Counted from the first letter of the stretch, positions 27,885-38,298 are shown. The stretch: 64,000 nucleotides of DNA from Gemmatimonadota bacterium (GCA_963666735.1 OY762926.1:3200001-3264000); one strand, 5' to 3'. A program made the numbers and translations. Notes: a model not told the origin generated them from the letters alone.

Positions 27885-29244
27885 CCTCTTCCCCCTGTAC
27901 ATCGCCGTGTGCGTGCGCGTGCTCGTGTGCGAGATGTTCCTTCACCTCGGCGATCGAGATCACCGGCAGGCTGCGCGAGAAGAGCAGGAACCAGAAGAAG
28001 AACCAGCAGAAGCTGCCGACGAGAATCGACATCTCCACCCAACTCGGCGTGTAGAGTCCCCAGCCGCCCGGTTCGTACTCGTGGGCGAGCGAGGTCACGA
28101 TGATGACGAACCGCTCGTACCACATCCCGATGTTGACGAAGATCGTGAGCGCGAACAGCGCCGGCAGCGTCGTGCGGACCTTCTTGAACCACAGCGCCTG
28201 CGGCACCACCACGTTACAGAACACCATGACCCAGAACGGGAGGGCGTAGGCCCCCATCGCCCGCCAGCGGAAACTCTCGATCTCGATCGGGTCCGCCGAG
28301 TAGTAGGCGAGGAAGAACTCCGTCCCGTACGAGAAGCCGACGATGAGCGAGGTGAGGAGCACCAGCTTCGCCATGTTCTCGAAGTGGTTCTCCGTGATGT
28401 ACGCCTCGAGCCCGAACGCCCAGCGCAGCGGGATCATGATCGTGATCACGAGGGCGACCCCGCTGAAGATCGCCCCGGCCACGAAGTAGGGGGCGAAGAT
28501 CGTCGAGTGCCACCCCGGCACGATCGAGAGCGCGAAGTCCCACGAGACCACGGAGTGCACGGACAGCACCAGCGGCGTCGCGATCCCCGCCATGTAGAGG
28601 TAGATCCGGCGGTAGTGCCGCCACTCGCTCACCGTCCCCTGCCACCCGAGCGAGAACGCGCCGTAGATCTTGTACATCCAGCCCTTGGCCCGGTCGCGCA
28701 GGATCGCGAAATCGGGGATGAGCCCGGTGTACCAGAACAGCGCGGAGATCGTGAGGTAGGTCGAGACCGCGAACACGTCCATCACGAGCGGCGACCGGAA
28801 GTCCGGCCAGATCTGCCGCTGCGACGGGTACGGCATCAGGTAGTAGAAGTACCAGACGCGCCCCAGGTGGATGAGGGGGAAGAGTCCCGCCGTCATCACC
28901 GCGAAGATCGTCATCGCCTCCGCGGTGCGGTTGATCGTCGTGCGCCAGCCGGAACGGAACAGGTAGAGGATCGCGGAGATCAGCGTCCCGGAGTGGGCGA
29001 TCCCGACCCAGAAGACGAAGGTCGTGATGTAGACGCCCCAGAAGACGGGATGGGTGATGCCCGCGACGCCGATGCCGGCCCCGATCTGGTAGAACCACGC
29101 CCCGAACATGAGGGCGAGACCCGCCGCCGCGACCCCGAGCACGAGATAGAAGCGCTTCTCGGGCATCGCGATGGGGCGCGTGATGTCGCGGTTCGCGTCG
29201 GCCAGAGTCGGGTGGGCGGGCACCCTCTTCTCCGCGGTGGCCAT
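27877..29244 (-). CDS. actC: Alternative complex III subunit C (NrfD/PsrC quinol-binding)
   Basis: FVFWVGIAHSGTLISAIL, HLGR, FRSPLVMDVFAV, SVHSVVSWDF, GWHSTIFAPYFVAGAIFSG. Confidence 0.95.
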   Translation of the reverse strand: MATAEKRVPAHPTLADANRDITRPIAMPEKRFYLVLGVAAAGLALMFGAWFYQIGAGIGVAGITHPVFWGVYITTFVFWVGIAHSGTLISAILYLFRSGWRTTINRTAEAMTIFAVMTAGLFPLIHLGRVWYFYYLMPYPSQRQIWPDFRSPLVMDVFAVSTYLTISALFWYTGLIPDFAILRDRAKGWMYKIYGAFSLGWQGTVSEWRHYRRIYLYMAGIATPLVLSVHSVVSWDFALSIVPGWHSTIFAPYFVAGAIFSGVALVITIMIPLRWAFGLEAYITENHFENMAKLVLLTSLIVGFSYGTEFFLAYYSADPIEIESFRWRAMGAYALPFWVMVFCNVVVPQALWFKKVRTTLPALFALTIFVNIGMWYERFVIIVTSLAHEYEPGGWGLYTPSWVEMSILVGSFCWFFFWFLLFSRSLPVISIAEVKEHLAHEHAHAHGDVQGEEDE

Positions 29245-32200
29245 CAGTGCGCCTCGTCGCCCTCTCCGGCCGCGGCCGGCTCACCGTGGCCGCCGGCCGC
29301 CATGTGCTTGTGCGTGACGTCCTCGAGGTAGGTGATGGCGGGACGCACCCCGAGTTCTCCAAGCGCGTGGTAGCCGCGGGCGCTCTTCGCCTGGCGGGAG
29401 ACCTCGCTCTCCGGATCCTTGAGGTTGCCGAAGGTGATCGCGTTGGTCGGACAACTGGACTGGCAGGCGGTCGTCACCTCCCCGTCCATCACGGTCCGCC
29501 CCTCGTCCTTGGCGTCGATCTTCGCCTTGTTGATCCGGTGCACGCACATCGTGCACTTCTCCATCACCCCCACCTCGCGGACGGTGATGTCCGGGTTGAG
29601 CTGGAGGTTCAGGGGCCAGGCGAAGGCCCCGCCCTCGCCGCGGCCGCGCGCGCTGTCGTGGTTGAACCAGTTGAAGCGCCGGACCTTGTAGGGGCAGTTG
29701 TTCGCGCAGTACCGGGTGCCGACGCAGCGGTTGTAGACCTGGACGTTGAGCCCCTCGGGGCTGTGGTACGTCGCGTACACCGGGCACACGGGCTCGCACG
29801 GCGCGTCGCCGCAGTGCTGGCAGAGCATCGGCTGCTGGACCGTCTGGAATCCGCCGTCCTCCGTCTCCTCCTCGAAGCGGTGGATCCGCATCCACGACAT
29901 CTCCCGCCGCAGCGCGGCCTGCTCTTCGCCGACGGTGGGGATGTTGTTCTCCGAGTAGCAGGACGTGACGCAGGCGCCGCAGCCGGTGCAGGAGTTGAGG
30001 TCGATGACCATGCCCCAGCGGTACGGGCTGTTCGGATCCGAGTCCCACGCGGCCTCGACCATCTCGACGAGGTCGATCTCGTGCTCCTCGATCTCGTGCA
30101 GCGCGTCTTCCACGTTCATGGCGTGGACGATCTCGCGGTCGAGGTCGTCGGTGGAGCCCTGCGTGACGACGAGCCGGGCGGTCTCCCCGGTAGCCGTGAC
30201 GTCGACCGCCGTCCCGGCGTACGCCAAGGCGCCCGAGCCGGGGTCCGCGTTCGCCGCGAGCAGGTCCAGCGGGTTCACGCCGCGGTTCCGCGCGTTGCGG
30301 CCGTATTCCGTGTGCCCCTGCCCGAGCGGGATCGCCACCGTGTCGGGGCGGATGCCGCGGTACACGTAGACAGGGGCCTCGATGGCGCCCTGGGCGGACT
30401 CGACGCGGACGAGGTCGCCCCGGTCGACGCCGAGTTCGGCCGCCATGTCGGGGTGCATCTCCACCCACGAGTTCCACACGGCCTTGGTGATCGCGTCGGG
30501 CTGCTCCTGCATCCATGAGCGGTTCGCGCCCCGGCCATCGTAGAACTGGGCCGTCGGGTAGACGACGAGCTGTGTGCCGGAGGGCGCCTGCGGGAGCTGG
30601 AAGCCGCCGACGTCGCCGCCCGCGGGAGCATCGTCCTCGCCGGCCCCGGCGCCGTCGGCACCCGCCCATGCCGCCGCCGCGGCGCCGCCGCGCCGGAGCG
30701 CGTCGAGCCACGCGGCGTGGCCGCCGAGCCGCTCGGTCCAGGCGCTCCGCAGCACGGTCGCGTAGTCCGACCCGCCGAACGCGCCGCCCTGTCCCGCCGC
30801 GTTGGCGACGTCGAGCAGCAGGTCTTCGCGCTGGCGCGTGTCGAACACCGCGTGCATGAGCGGCTGTCCGAGCGCCATCGCGCCGTCCGCCAGTTCCGCG
30901 TCGCACCACGACTCGAGCGCATGGTGGCAGGGCAGGACCCACCCGCTGGCCGACGCCGTCTCGTCGAGGTGCGGTGTGATCGCGACCGTGTTCGCCACGT
31001 TCGCCATCGCCTCCGCGAACCCGGCCGCGGCGGGGAGCGCGTAGGCCGGGTTGCACCCGGCGACGATCAGCGTTCGCACCTGGCCGGCCCGCATGCGCCC
31101 GATCAGAACCTGCATGTCCGCGAAGCTCGCCGTCGTGCCCTCGGGCGCCCCGTCTCCCGGAAGGACCGAGCGGCCCACCGCGCCCAGCACCTCGTTGAGC
31201 GCCGCGACCGCTTGGTGCGCCCGCCGGGCATCGGCTCCCTGCGACTCGAGCCCCGGCGGGATCGCGACCGCGTTCTCCGCGGCGGCGAGTTCCTCTCCGA
31301 GGGCGCGGATCGCGTCGGCCGGAACCCCCGCGGCGTCCGCAGCCGCCTCCGGCGATACAACGGGCAGTCCGGCGGGAAGCTCTGCGCCGCGGGACGCGGC
31401 CACGACGCCTGCGACCGCGAGCGCCACCGCGCCCTCGGCGCCCGCGCGGGCTTCGATCCACTCGTCCGCGTTGGCGCCGGTGAGCGAGAGGCGCGGTCCG
31501 ACGAAGGTGAACTTCGCGTGGTGGTGGGCCTCGATGTCGCGCGCCGTCGCGAAACCCGCGGACATCTGCGTCGGAGCGAGCCATGTGCCCAGGAAGTCCG
31601 CCCCGAAGCAGGCGATCCGGTCCGCCGAGGAGAGGTCGAAGCGCGGCATGCCGGCGCCGCCGCTCACGTCCGCGGTCCCGGTCGCCAGCGCGTCGTTCGA
31701 GAACGGCTCCCACGCGATGTGTTCGACCCCCATCACGCGAGCCCAGTCCGCGATGAAGCGGCCCGTCGTGCCCGTGACCCGGCCCGTCAGCAGCACCCCG
31801 CCGCCGACCCGAACCGCATTCGTGAGCGCGGCCATCGCATCTTCCCAACTCGCGAACTGGAAGGGAGGCGCACCCTCTTCGGTCGACGGGTTCCGCTGGA
31901 GCGGCTGGCTCACGCGATCCGGATCGTAGAGGTCCTGGAGCGTGGAGTGCGTCAGCGACGAGAGGCCGCTCGCGCCGCCCCCGAACCGCGAGTTGGGGCT
32001 CAGGCCGAGGACGCGGCCGTCGCGCACCTGCGCATGGACGGCGACCGGTTCCGGACCCGCGTCCGGCAGCACCGTCGCGTAGGTCTCGGAAACGCCCGGC
32101 GTGATCCCCTCTTCCTCAACCAGGTGCGGGATGAGCTTGTCGGCGAAGTCCGGCGGGCCGCAGGCGGCCATCGTCGCGGCTCCGGCGCCGGAAGTCCCCA

Positions 32201-32348
32201 GCACCTTCAGGAACCGGCGGCGCGAGGTCCCCGTCCCGTTCACCGCGCCGTCTGCGGAGCCTTTCGTCGCGCCGGGCTCGGGCCTGACGTCGCCCGAGCA
32301 GCTTCCGCCGCACCCGCAGCCGCCGTTGCCCCCGTTCAGAAGTGACAT
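29244..32348 (-). CDS. actB: Alternative complex III subunit B (molybdopterin-oxidoreductase-like + Fe-S domain)
   Basis: Tat motif SRRRFLK followed by lipobox MAAC; CTGCGAC, CQHC..APCEPVCP, CVGTRYCANNCPY, EKCTMC, CQSSCP. Confidence 0.95.
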   Translation of the reverse strand: MSLLNGGNGGCGCGGSCSGDVRPEPGATKGSADGAVNGTGTSRRRFLKVLGTSGAGAATMAACGPPDFADKLIPHLVEEEGITPGVSETYATVLPDAGPEPVAVHAQVRDGRVLGLSPNSRFGGGASGLSSLTHSTLQDLYDPDRVSQPLQRNPSTEEGAPPFQFASWEDAMAALTNAVRVGGGVLLTGRVTGTTGRFIADWARVMGVEHIAWEPFSNDALATGTADVSGGAGMPRFDLSSADRIACFGADFLGTWLAPTQMSAGFATARDIEAHHHAKFTFVGPRLSLTGANADEWIEARAGAEGAVALAVAGVVAASRGAELPAGLPVVSPEAAADAAGVPADAIRALGEELAAAENAVAIPPGLESQGADARRAHQAVAALNEVLGAVGRSVLPGDGAPEGTTASFADMQVLIGRMRAGQVRTLIVAGCNPAYALPAAAGFAEAMANVANTVAITPHLDETASASGWVLPCHHALESWCDAELADGAMALGQPLMHAVFDTRQREDLLLDVANAAGQGGAFGGSDYATVLRSAWTERLGGHAAWLDALRRGGAAAAAWAGADGAGAGEDDAPAGGDVGGFQLPQAPSGTQLVVYPTAQFYDGRGANRSWMQEQPDAITKAVWNSWVEMHPDMAAELGVDRGDLVRVESAQGAIEAPVYVYRGIRPDTVAIPLGQGHTEYGRNARNRGVNPLDLLAANADPGSGALAYAGTAVDVTATGETARLVVTQGSTDDLDREIVHAMNVEDALHEIEEHEIDLVEMVEAAWDSDPNSPYRWGMVIDLNSCTGCGACVTSCYSENNIPTVGEEQAALRREMSWMRIHRFEEETEDGGFQTVQQPMLCQHCGDAPCEPVCPVYATYHSPEGLNVQVYNRCVGTRYCANNCPYKVRRFNWFNHDSARGRGEGGAFAWPLNLQLNPDITVREVGVMEKCTMCVHRINKAKIDAKDEGRTVMDGEVTTACQSSCPTNAITFGNLKDPESEVSRQAKSARGYHALGELGVRPAITYLEDVTHKHMAAGGHGEPAAAGEGDEAH

Positions 32349-33145
32349 GCCGCGCAATCCGTGGGGGCCCGGGTCCGGCCGTAGTCCGTGTCGATGTCCC
32401 GTGGGTAAAACCCTTCCGGCTGGCGAGGCTCGGGCGCCCGTGGAGGCGGGTTGTCCCGCGCCAGCGTGTGGTCGGTCGCGAAGTCGGCGTCGGACGGAGG
32501 CTGCCGGTGGCACTCGAGGCACCAGCCCATCGTCAGCGGCGCCCACTGGTAGACCCGGTCCATTTCCTCGACCGGCCCGTGGCAGTCCCGGCACTCGAGG
32601 TTGCGCAGGTGCGCCTTGTGGCTGAACTGCACGAACTCCGGCAGCTTGTACACCCACTCCCACTCGACCGGCTCGCCGCGCGCTTCGTACTGGCGGAGTT
32701 CCTCGACCGGCGGAAGCCCCGTGCCCGCGATGCGGTGGCACCCCATGCAGACCTCGAGCGACGGGACGACTCCCGACACCGACCGCTCCGTCCCCACGTG
32801 GCAGTACATGCAGTCGATCTGCAGGTCCGTGACGTGGAAACGATGGTTGAACGGGATGGGCTGCTCGGGTCCGCGGCTCGCGTTCTCGTGATCGTAGATC
32901 GCGCGCCACTGCGGGGGCATCGTCGCGAGGTTCTGCTCATCGGCGTACTGAGCCGATGCGGCCGCCGTCTCGCCCTCGCCCGCGGCCTGCGGATCCGCGC
33001 TCCCCTGCGCGTGCAGGAACGAAGACGGATCGAGACTCGCGACCGCGAGCTCGAGTTCGCCGGTTGGAGGCCGGTACAGCGCCAGAGCGGTGGCGCCGAG
33101 GGCCGCAGCGAGGACGCCCGCGGCCGCGCGAGAGCTTATCTTCAT
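32336..33145 (-). CDS. actA: Alternative complex III subunit A (pentaheme cytochrome c)
   Basis: Five CxxCH (CMYCH, CMGCH, CRDCH, CLECH, CAACH), PEQPIPFNH, LTMGWC; GAGGAGG RBS. Confidence 0.95.
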   Translation of the reverse strand: MKISSRAAAGVLAAALGATALALYRPPTGELELAVASLDPSSFLHAQGSADPQAAGEGETAAASAQYADEQNLATMPPQWRAIYDHENASRGPEQPIPFNHRFHVTDLQIDCMYCHVGTERSVSGVVPSLEVCMGCHRIAGTGLPPVEELRQYEARGEPVEWEWVYKLPEFVQFSHKAHLRNLECRDCHGPVEEMDRVYQWAPLTMGWCLECHRQPPSDADFATDHTLARDNPPPRAPEPRQPEGFYPRDIDTDYGRTRAPTDCAACHF

Positions 33146-33295
33146 CCGCCTCTCTGAGGAGGAATCGACGATGTGAGCCGCCCGTCAGCCTCCGGTGGCG
33201 GAGGCGCGGGTCGCGAACAAGGTAAAGCCCGCCCCGGTGGATGCAACCGTCGCCCGGGACGCCCCATCCAACGCCCGGCGAGGCACCCGCCAAGG

Positions 33296-33324
33296 TTGAC
33301 CGATTCAGGCCGTTCCTTTAGCAT
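33296..33324 (+). promoter_or_regulatory. Sigma70-type promoter of the tRNA operon
   Basis: TTGACC-17 nt-TAGCAT about 50 nt upstream of tRNA-Val. Confidence 0.65.
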
Positions 33325-33376
33325 TGTGTCGTCCGAGCGGGCTCCCACCCGGGGTCCGCTCGTCGTGTCTTTCGGA

Positions 33377-33450
<74 letters not shown>

Positions 33451-33467
33451 TCGGAACGCCGCTACGG

Positions 33468-33542
33468 GGGGCTGTAGCTCAGCCTGGTTAGAGTGCCGGT
33501 CTGTCACACCGGAGGTCGCGGGTTCAAATCCCGTCAGCCCCG
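33468..33542 (+). tRNA. tRNA-Asp(GTC)
   Basis: Acceptor GGGGCTG/CAGCCCC, anticodon arm CCGGT-CTGTCAC-ACCGG, GGTTCAAATCC. Confidence 0.96.
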
Positions 33543-33565
33543 TTTCCAAACAACGTGTCGAGCGA

Positions 33566-33639
33566 GGGGCCGTAGCTCAGTCTGGGAGAGCGCTTGAATC
33601 GCACTCAAGAGGTCGCGGGTTCGAGTCCCGCCGGCTCCA
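33566..33639 (+). tRNA. tRNA-Ala(CGC)
   Basis: Acceptor GGGGCCG/CGGCTCC with G3:U70, anticodon arm CTTGA-ATCGCAC-TCAAG. Confidence 0.95.
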
Positions 33640-33713
33640 CTGCCGTCGCGTCCACCCCCTGCCACCCCGGCGAAACCCTCGCCCCGGGCAGCACGGGTAG
33701 CGTCCGGCGGCTC

Positions 33714-33785
33714 GCCACCGTAGCTCAGGGGTAGAGCACCGCATTCGTAATGCGGCGGTCGTCGGTTCAAATCCGACCGGTGGCT
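33714..33785 (+). tRNA. tRNA-Thr(CGT)
   Basis: Acceptor GCCACCG/CGGTGGC, anticodon arm CCGCA-TTCGTAA-TGCGG. Confidence 0.96.
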
Positions 33786-33846
33786 CTGGCAACACCCCTC
33801 CGCCCTGGCCGGCCCGACACGCCGCCAGCCGGAGGGAACAGCACAA

Positions 33847-33919
33847 GCGGGTGTAGCTCAGCTGGTAGAGCGCAACCTTGCCAAGGTTGAGGTCGCCGGT
33901 TCGAATCCGGTCACCCGCT
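33847..33919 (+). tRNA. tRNA-Gly(GCC)
   Basis: Acceptor GCGGGTG/CACCCGC, anticodon arm CAACC-TTGCCAA-GGTTG. Confidence 0.96.
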
Positions 33920-33995
33920 CTAGAAGGCCGGCTCGCCGCTCCGTCAGCGAGCGCGAGCCCGGCCCCGCGCCAAGCGCGCGGTCCGCAGTACCCCT

Positions 33996-34069
33996 CGGGG
34001 CGTGGCTCAGTCCGGTAGAGCGCTGCGTTCGGGACGCAGAGGTCCCCGGTTCAAATCCGGGCGCCCCGA
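33996..34069 (+). tRNA. tRNA-Pro(CGG)
   Basis: Acceptor CGGGGCG/CGCCCCG, anticodon arm CTGCG-TTCGGGA-CGCAG. Confidence 0.96.
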
Positions 34070-34248
34070 TTATATCCCCTGGCCCATCGCGCTGGGCGTA
34101 CTGTTCCGCCCGCCCGGGCTATGCGATAACCTCCCGGATTACGCGGGCCGCCGAAGGCGGTCGTAGCGAAATCCGGGCGCCGCGGCCCGGTCAACATGCT
34201 GATGGCGTCGGGCTTGGAGCGTTCACTGCCGCCGGAGAGATTCACGCG

Positions 34249-35196
34249 TTGAAATGCACAAGATCGACCGATTGCCGGGAGAGTCCTCCCGACTCGGATG
34301 TAGCCCATTTGCGGCAATCAGACCGCGAGTCACGGATCGGAGCCGACTCTCGAGAGCGTGCCACGTGGTGGCGCGTGCCGACGACGATTATTGCGCTCAT
34401 TGGCCTTTTCTTCGGCCCCAACCTGATCGGCCGGCTTTTGGTGACACTTGGTGGTGATGGAAGCGACGACACCCCGCAACCTTCTTTCGGAGAAGATCGC
34501 TTTCACGCCAGGTATTCCTTCAAGAAGGCGCCGTTTGTGCATCCGAAGATCGTCGGGGACCTCGTCGGCGGCCTGAGCGACCGTGGCGACCAAGTGGTAG
34601 CGATCAATCTGCTCGATTCCCAGGACAGCAACCGCTATTTCGGAGACATCTTGGTAAGCCCCCAGGCGAATCCACTCGTCCCGTCGTGGCCATGGGTCTA
34701 CACCCTCGAAGATCGTGTCTGGAACATGAACGGATACGAGGATCCGGACCCTTTTTGGGGAAGAGAGTTCTCTGCGTATCGGTTCCTTGGCTCGACACGG
34801 AGCGGTCTGGACGTACTTCACTTCACCTACTCCGGGGGAGGATCGGGCCGCTTCAACACCCTAGTGTTCGTTCAGGTCGAAACGGATTCTGGTGCCGAGT
34901 ACCTGCCGCTCCGAGACGCAGGCGGGCGGCAGTTCATGGAGCCGGAGTCGAGGCATCGAGAGTTGGTTCGGCTGGTTGGGACAATCTCGCTGGGGGATCG
35001 CTGGCTCGGAACTGTAGAGGTTACAGGAGATGACGTAGTTGTTCGAGGCCGCGACCTGAGTGAGCGGTGCGAGGAGGGCGGGACCAACACGATGGAGGCC
35101 GTAGAAGTGAGCTCCTTCACGAGCGTTGTCTGTAAGGAGGGCAGCGCAGATCATCCGCCGCCAGTCCGCGTCTACAGGTCACCCCCGCGACGCTAA
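34249..35196 (+). CDS. Hypothetical membrane-anchored protein; start uncertain
   Basis: 315-aa ORF with one TM (IIALIGLFFG) and a globular beta-rich domain (YSGGGSGRFN). Confidence 0.65.
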   Translation: MKCTRSTDCRESPPDSDVAHLRQSDRESRIGADSRERATWWRVPTTIIALIGLFFGPNLIGRLLVTLGGDGSDDTPQPSFGEDRFHARYSFKKAPFVHPKIVGDLVGGLSDRGDQVVAINLLDSQDSNRYFGDILVSPQANPLVPSWPWVYTLEDRVWNMNGYEDPDPFWGREFSAYRFLGSTRSGLDVLHFTYSGGGSGRFNTLVFVQVETDSGAEYLPLRDAGGRQFMEPESRHRELVRLVGTISLGDRWLGTVEVTGDDVVVRGRDLSERCEEGGTNTMEAVEVSSFTSVVCKEGSADHPPPVRVYRSPPRR

Positions 35197-35338
35197 GGTA
35201 TCACGACACATGTAGGGATTGATCCTGACGATCCGGGAAGTCTGCCCGTAGGGAGGGGCGGGCATTGGAGAGGCACCCGCCCGGGAAAAGAAATTGCGCA
35301 AGGTGGTTGAAAGCGAGCCTCTCGAAGCCCGGGGAACA

Positions 35339-38197
35339 ATGACACCGAACGAGTTCATTGCGAAGTGGCAGGCCTCGGAGCTGAAGGAGCGCTCCGCGGC
35401 GCAGGAGCACTTCATCGATCTGTGTCGGCTGCTCGGGGAACCCACACCGGCGGAGGCCGATCCGAAGGGCGAGCACTACTGCTTCGAGCGCGGGGCGCGG
35501 AAGGACTCCGGCGGGGACGGATGGGCGGACGTGTGGAAGCGGCACTGCTTTGCGTGGGAGTACAAGGGGAAGCACGCCGACCTCGACGCCGCGTTCGACC
35601 AGTTGAGACAGTACGCGCTCGCGCTCGAGAACCCGCCGCTCCTGATCGTCTCGGACATGCGCCGGTTCCGGATCCGGACGAACTGGACGAACTCCGTGAG
35701 CAAGACGCTGGAGTTCAAACTGGACGATCTCGCCGACGCCGCCGTCCGGGACAAGCTCAAGTGGGCGATGTCCGATCCAGAGCGGCTACGGCCGGGCGAG
35801 ACCCGCCAGACGCTGACCGAACGCGCCGCGCAAACGTTCGCGCAGCTCGCGCAGTCGCTCAGGGACCACGGCCACGCCCCACACGAGGTGGCGCACTTCG
35901 TGAACCGCCTCGTGTTCTGCATGTTCGCCGAGGACGTGGGGCTGCTCCCCGGCGAGATGTTCACCCGCATGCTCAAGCACGCGCGCCAAGAGCCCGAGCA
36001 GTTCGCCATCTTGGCGCGCGACCTGTTCGGCGCGATGTCGGCCGGGGGCCGCGTCGGGTTCGAGACCGTCCAGTGGTTCAACGGCGGGCTGTTCGAGGAC
36101 GACGCGACCCTCCCCATGGACAAGGAGCAGATCGAGACGACGCTTGAAGCGTCCGAACTCGACTGGTCCAACATCGATCCCTCGATCCTCGGCACGCTGT
36201 TCGAACGCGGTCTCGACCCGGACAAACGCTCGCAGCTCGGAGCGCACTACACGGACCGGGACAAGATCATGCGGATCATCGATCCCGTGATCGTCCGCCC
36301 GTGGCTCGCAGAGTGGGGGACCGCGAAAGCCCGGATCGCCGACAGCCTCGAACGCGCAAACGCGGCGAAATCAAAGGCCGCGACTACGCGAAACCGCAAA
36401 CAAGCGGAGAACTCGCTCGGCTCGTTCCTCGAGCGGCTACGGAAGTTCACCGTGCTCGATCCGGCCTGCGGCTCCGGCAACTTCCTCTACCTCGCGCTCC
36501 ACTCCCTCCACGACCTGGAACACCGAGTGCAGCTGGAAGCCGAGGCGATGGGACTTCAGCGCGCTTTCCCATCGGTCGGTCCCGCCAACGTGAAGGGAAT
36601 CGAGTTGAACGCGTACGCGGCGGAGTTGGCGCGCGTATCGGTGTGGATCGGCGAGATTCAGTGGATGCGGCGCAACGGGTTTCCGGGCTCGCGCGAGCCG
36701 GTCCTCGATCCGCTGGAGACGATCGAATGCCGCGACGCGATCATGGCCTCGGAGGGCGGCGAGCCGGAGTGGCCCGAGGCGGATGTCATCATCGGCAACC
36801 CGCCGTTTCTGGGCGGCAAGCTGCTCATCACAAACCTCGGCGAGGAATACGTCTCGACCCTGTTCCGGGTGTACGAGGACCGGGTGCCCCGCGAAGCTGA
36901 CCTCGTCTGCTACTGGTTCGTGAAGGCCGGCGAACACTTGGGCAAAGGGGCGTCGAAGCGGGTCGGCATGGTCGCGACCAACTCGATTCGGGGCGGAGCA
37001 AACCGCCGGGCGCTGGAGCGGGCGACGGACGGCAGGCCGATCTTCGACGCGTGGAGCGACGAGCCGTGGGTGGTGGATGGGGCGGCCGTGCGCGTCTCGC
37101 TCGTGTGCTTCTCACAATCTGAGGACGAACTCACGCCGGGGCGCCGGCTCGACGGCGAGGCAGTGGACGAGATTTACACGGACCTGTCGGCGCGTCGCGG
37201 CGAGGCTGGCGTCGACCTTACGAAGGCGCGGCGCCTCCCTCAAAACGCCGGCGTGGCCTTCATGGGCGACACCAAGGGTGGCCCGTTCGATGTTCCTGGT
37301 GAGGTCGCCCGAGAGTGGCTTCGGGAACCCTCCAATCCCAACGGCCGTCCCAACTCGGACGTACTCGCACCGTGGATGAACGGCATGGCCATCACCCGGC
37401 GCCCCGCCGACAAGTGGGTCGTCGACTTCGGCTGGAACATGGTGAAGGAGGAAGCCGCCCTGTACGAGGCTCCGTTCGAGCATGCCCAGGAACACGTCTT
37501 CCCGATGCGGCAGCGCAATCGGCGCGAGGCGTACCGCATAAACTGGTGGCGACACGTCGAGCCGAGACAGGGCATGTGGAAGGCTCTCGACGGGCTGTCT
37601 CGGTACATCGTCACACCCACCGTTGCCAAACACCGCCTCTTCGCTTGGCTCGACGCCCGGATCTGCCCCGACCATCAGCTCATCGTCATCGCGCGCGACG
37701 ACGACACCACGTTCGGGATCCTGCACAGCCGCTTCCACGAGGTCTGGTCGCTCCGCAAGGGCACCTCGCTCGGGAAAGGGAACGACCCCCGCTACACCCC
37801 CACCACAACCTTCGAGACCTTCCCCTTCCCGGAAGGACTCTCGCCCGACGTCTCCGCCACGGACTACGTGACGGACCCGCGCGCCCAGGCGATCGCTTCC
37901 GCGGCACGTCGGCTCGTCGAACTCCGCGACCGCTGGCTTAACCCGCCCGAGTTGGTGGAGTGGGTTGAGGAACCCGTCCCCGGCTATCCCCCGCGCCCGG
38001 TCCCCCGCGACGAAAAGGCGACTGCGCTCAGGAGGCGCACCCTCACCAACCTCTACAACACCCGCCCACAATGGCTCCTCGATGCCCACGCGCAACTCGA
38101 CGCCGCTGTAGCCGCCGCCTACGGCTGGCCCAGCGACATCACCAACGACGTGGCGCTACGGAAGCTCCTTGCACGAAACCGGTCGGACTACACTTAG
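35339..38197 (+). CDS. Type IIG/IIL restriction-modification enzyme (MmeI/YeeA-like: nuclease + N6-adenine MTase + TRD)
   Basis: N-terminal ADVWKRHCFAWEYKG (PD-D/ExK), LDPACGSGNF, IIGNPPF, ATNSI, RYTPTTTFETFPFP, LTNLYN, HAQLDAAVAAAYGW. Confidence 0.92.
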   Translation: MTPNEFIAKWQASELKERSAAQEHFIDLCRLLGEPTPAEADPKGEHYCFERGARKDSGGDGWADVWKRHCFAWEYKGKHADLDAAFDQLRQYALALENPPLLIVSDMRRFRIRTNWTNSVSKTLEFKLDDLADAAVRDKLKWAMSDPERLRPGETRQTLTERAAQTFAQLAQSLRDHGHAPHEVAHFVNRLVFCMFAEDVGLLPGEMFTRMLKHARQEPEQFAILARDLFGAMSAGGRVGFETVQWFNGGLFEDDATLPMDKEQIETTLEASELDWSNIDPSILGTLFERGLDPDKRSQLGAHYTDRDKIMRIIDPVIVRPWLAEWGTAKARIADSLERANAAKSKAATTRNRKQAENSLGSFLERLRKFTVLDPACGSGNFLYLALHSLHDLEHRVQLEAEAMGLQRAFPSVGPANVKGIELNAYAAELARVSVWIGEIQWMRRNGFPGSREPVLDPLETIECRDAIMASEGGEPEWPEADVIIGNPPFLGGKLLITNLGEEYVSTLFRVYEDRVPREADLVCYWFVKAGEHLGKGASKRVGMVATNSIRGGANRRALERATDGRPIFDAWSDEPWVVDGAAVRVSLVCFSQSEDELTPGRRLDGEAVDEIYTDLSARRGEAGVDLTKARRLPQNAGVAFMGDTKGGPFDVPGEVAREWLREPSNPNGRPNSDVLAPWMNGMAITRRPADKWVVDFGWNMVKEEAALYEAPFEHAQEHVFPMRQRNRREAYRINWWRHVEPRQGMWKALDGLSRYIVTPTVAKHRLFAWLDARICPDHQLIVIARDDDTTFGILHSRFHEVWSLRKGTSLGKGNDPRYTPTTTFETFPFPEGLSPDVSATDYVTDPRAQAIASAARRLVELRDRWLNPPELVEWVEEPVPGYPPRPVPRDEKATALRRRTLTNLYNTRPQWLLDAHAQLDAAVAAAYGWPSDITNDVALRKLLARNRSDYT

Positions 38198-38298
38198 CTT
38201 GTCCCCGATATGCAAGCCGCCTTGCGAGGGACTCCCGAGAGGATATGACCCCCAGATTCTGGATCCTAAGTTCCAAATGCGAGGATGGGTGAACCTTC

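Noticed and set aside
32349..32909. ActB N-terminal extension in the 1221-aa ORF
   Set aside because: It overlaps actA in another frame; the Tat signal places the start near 32348
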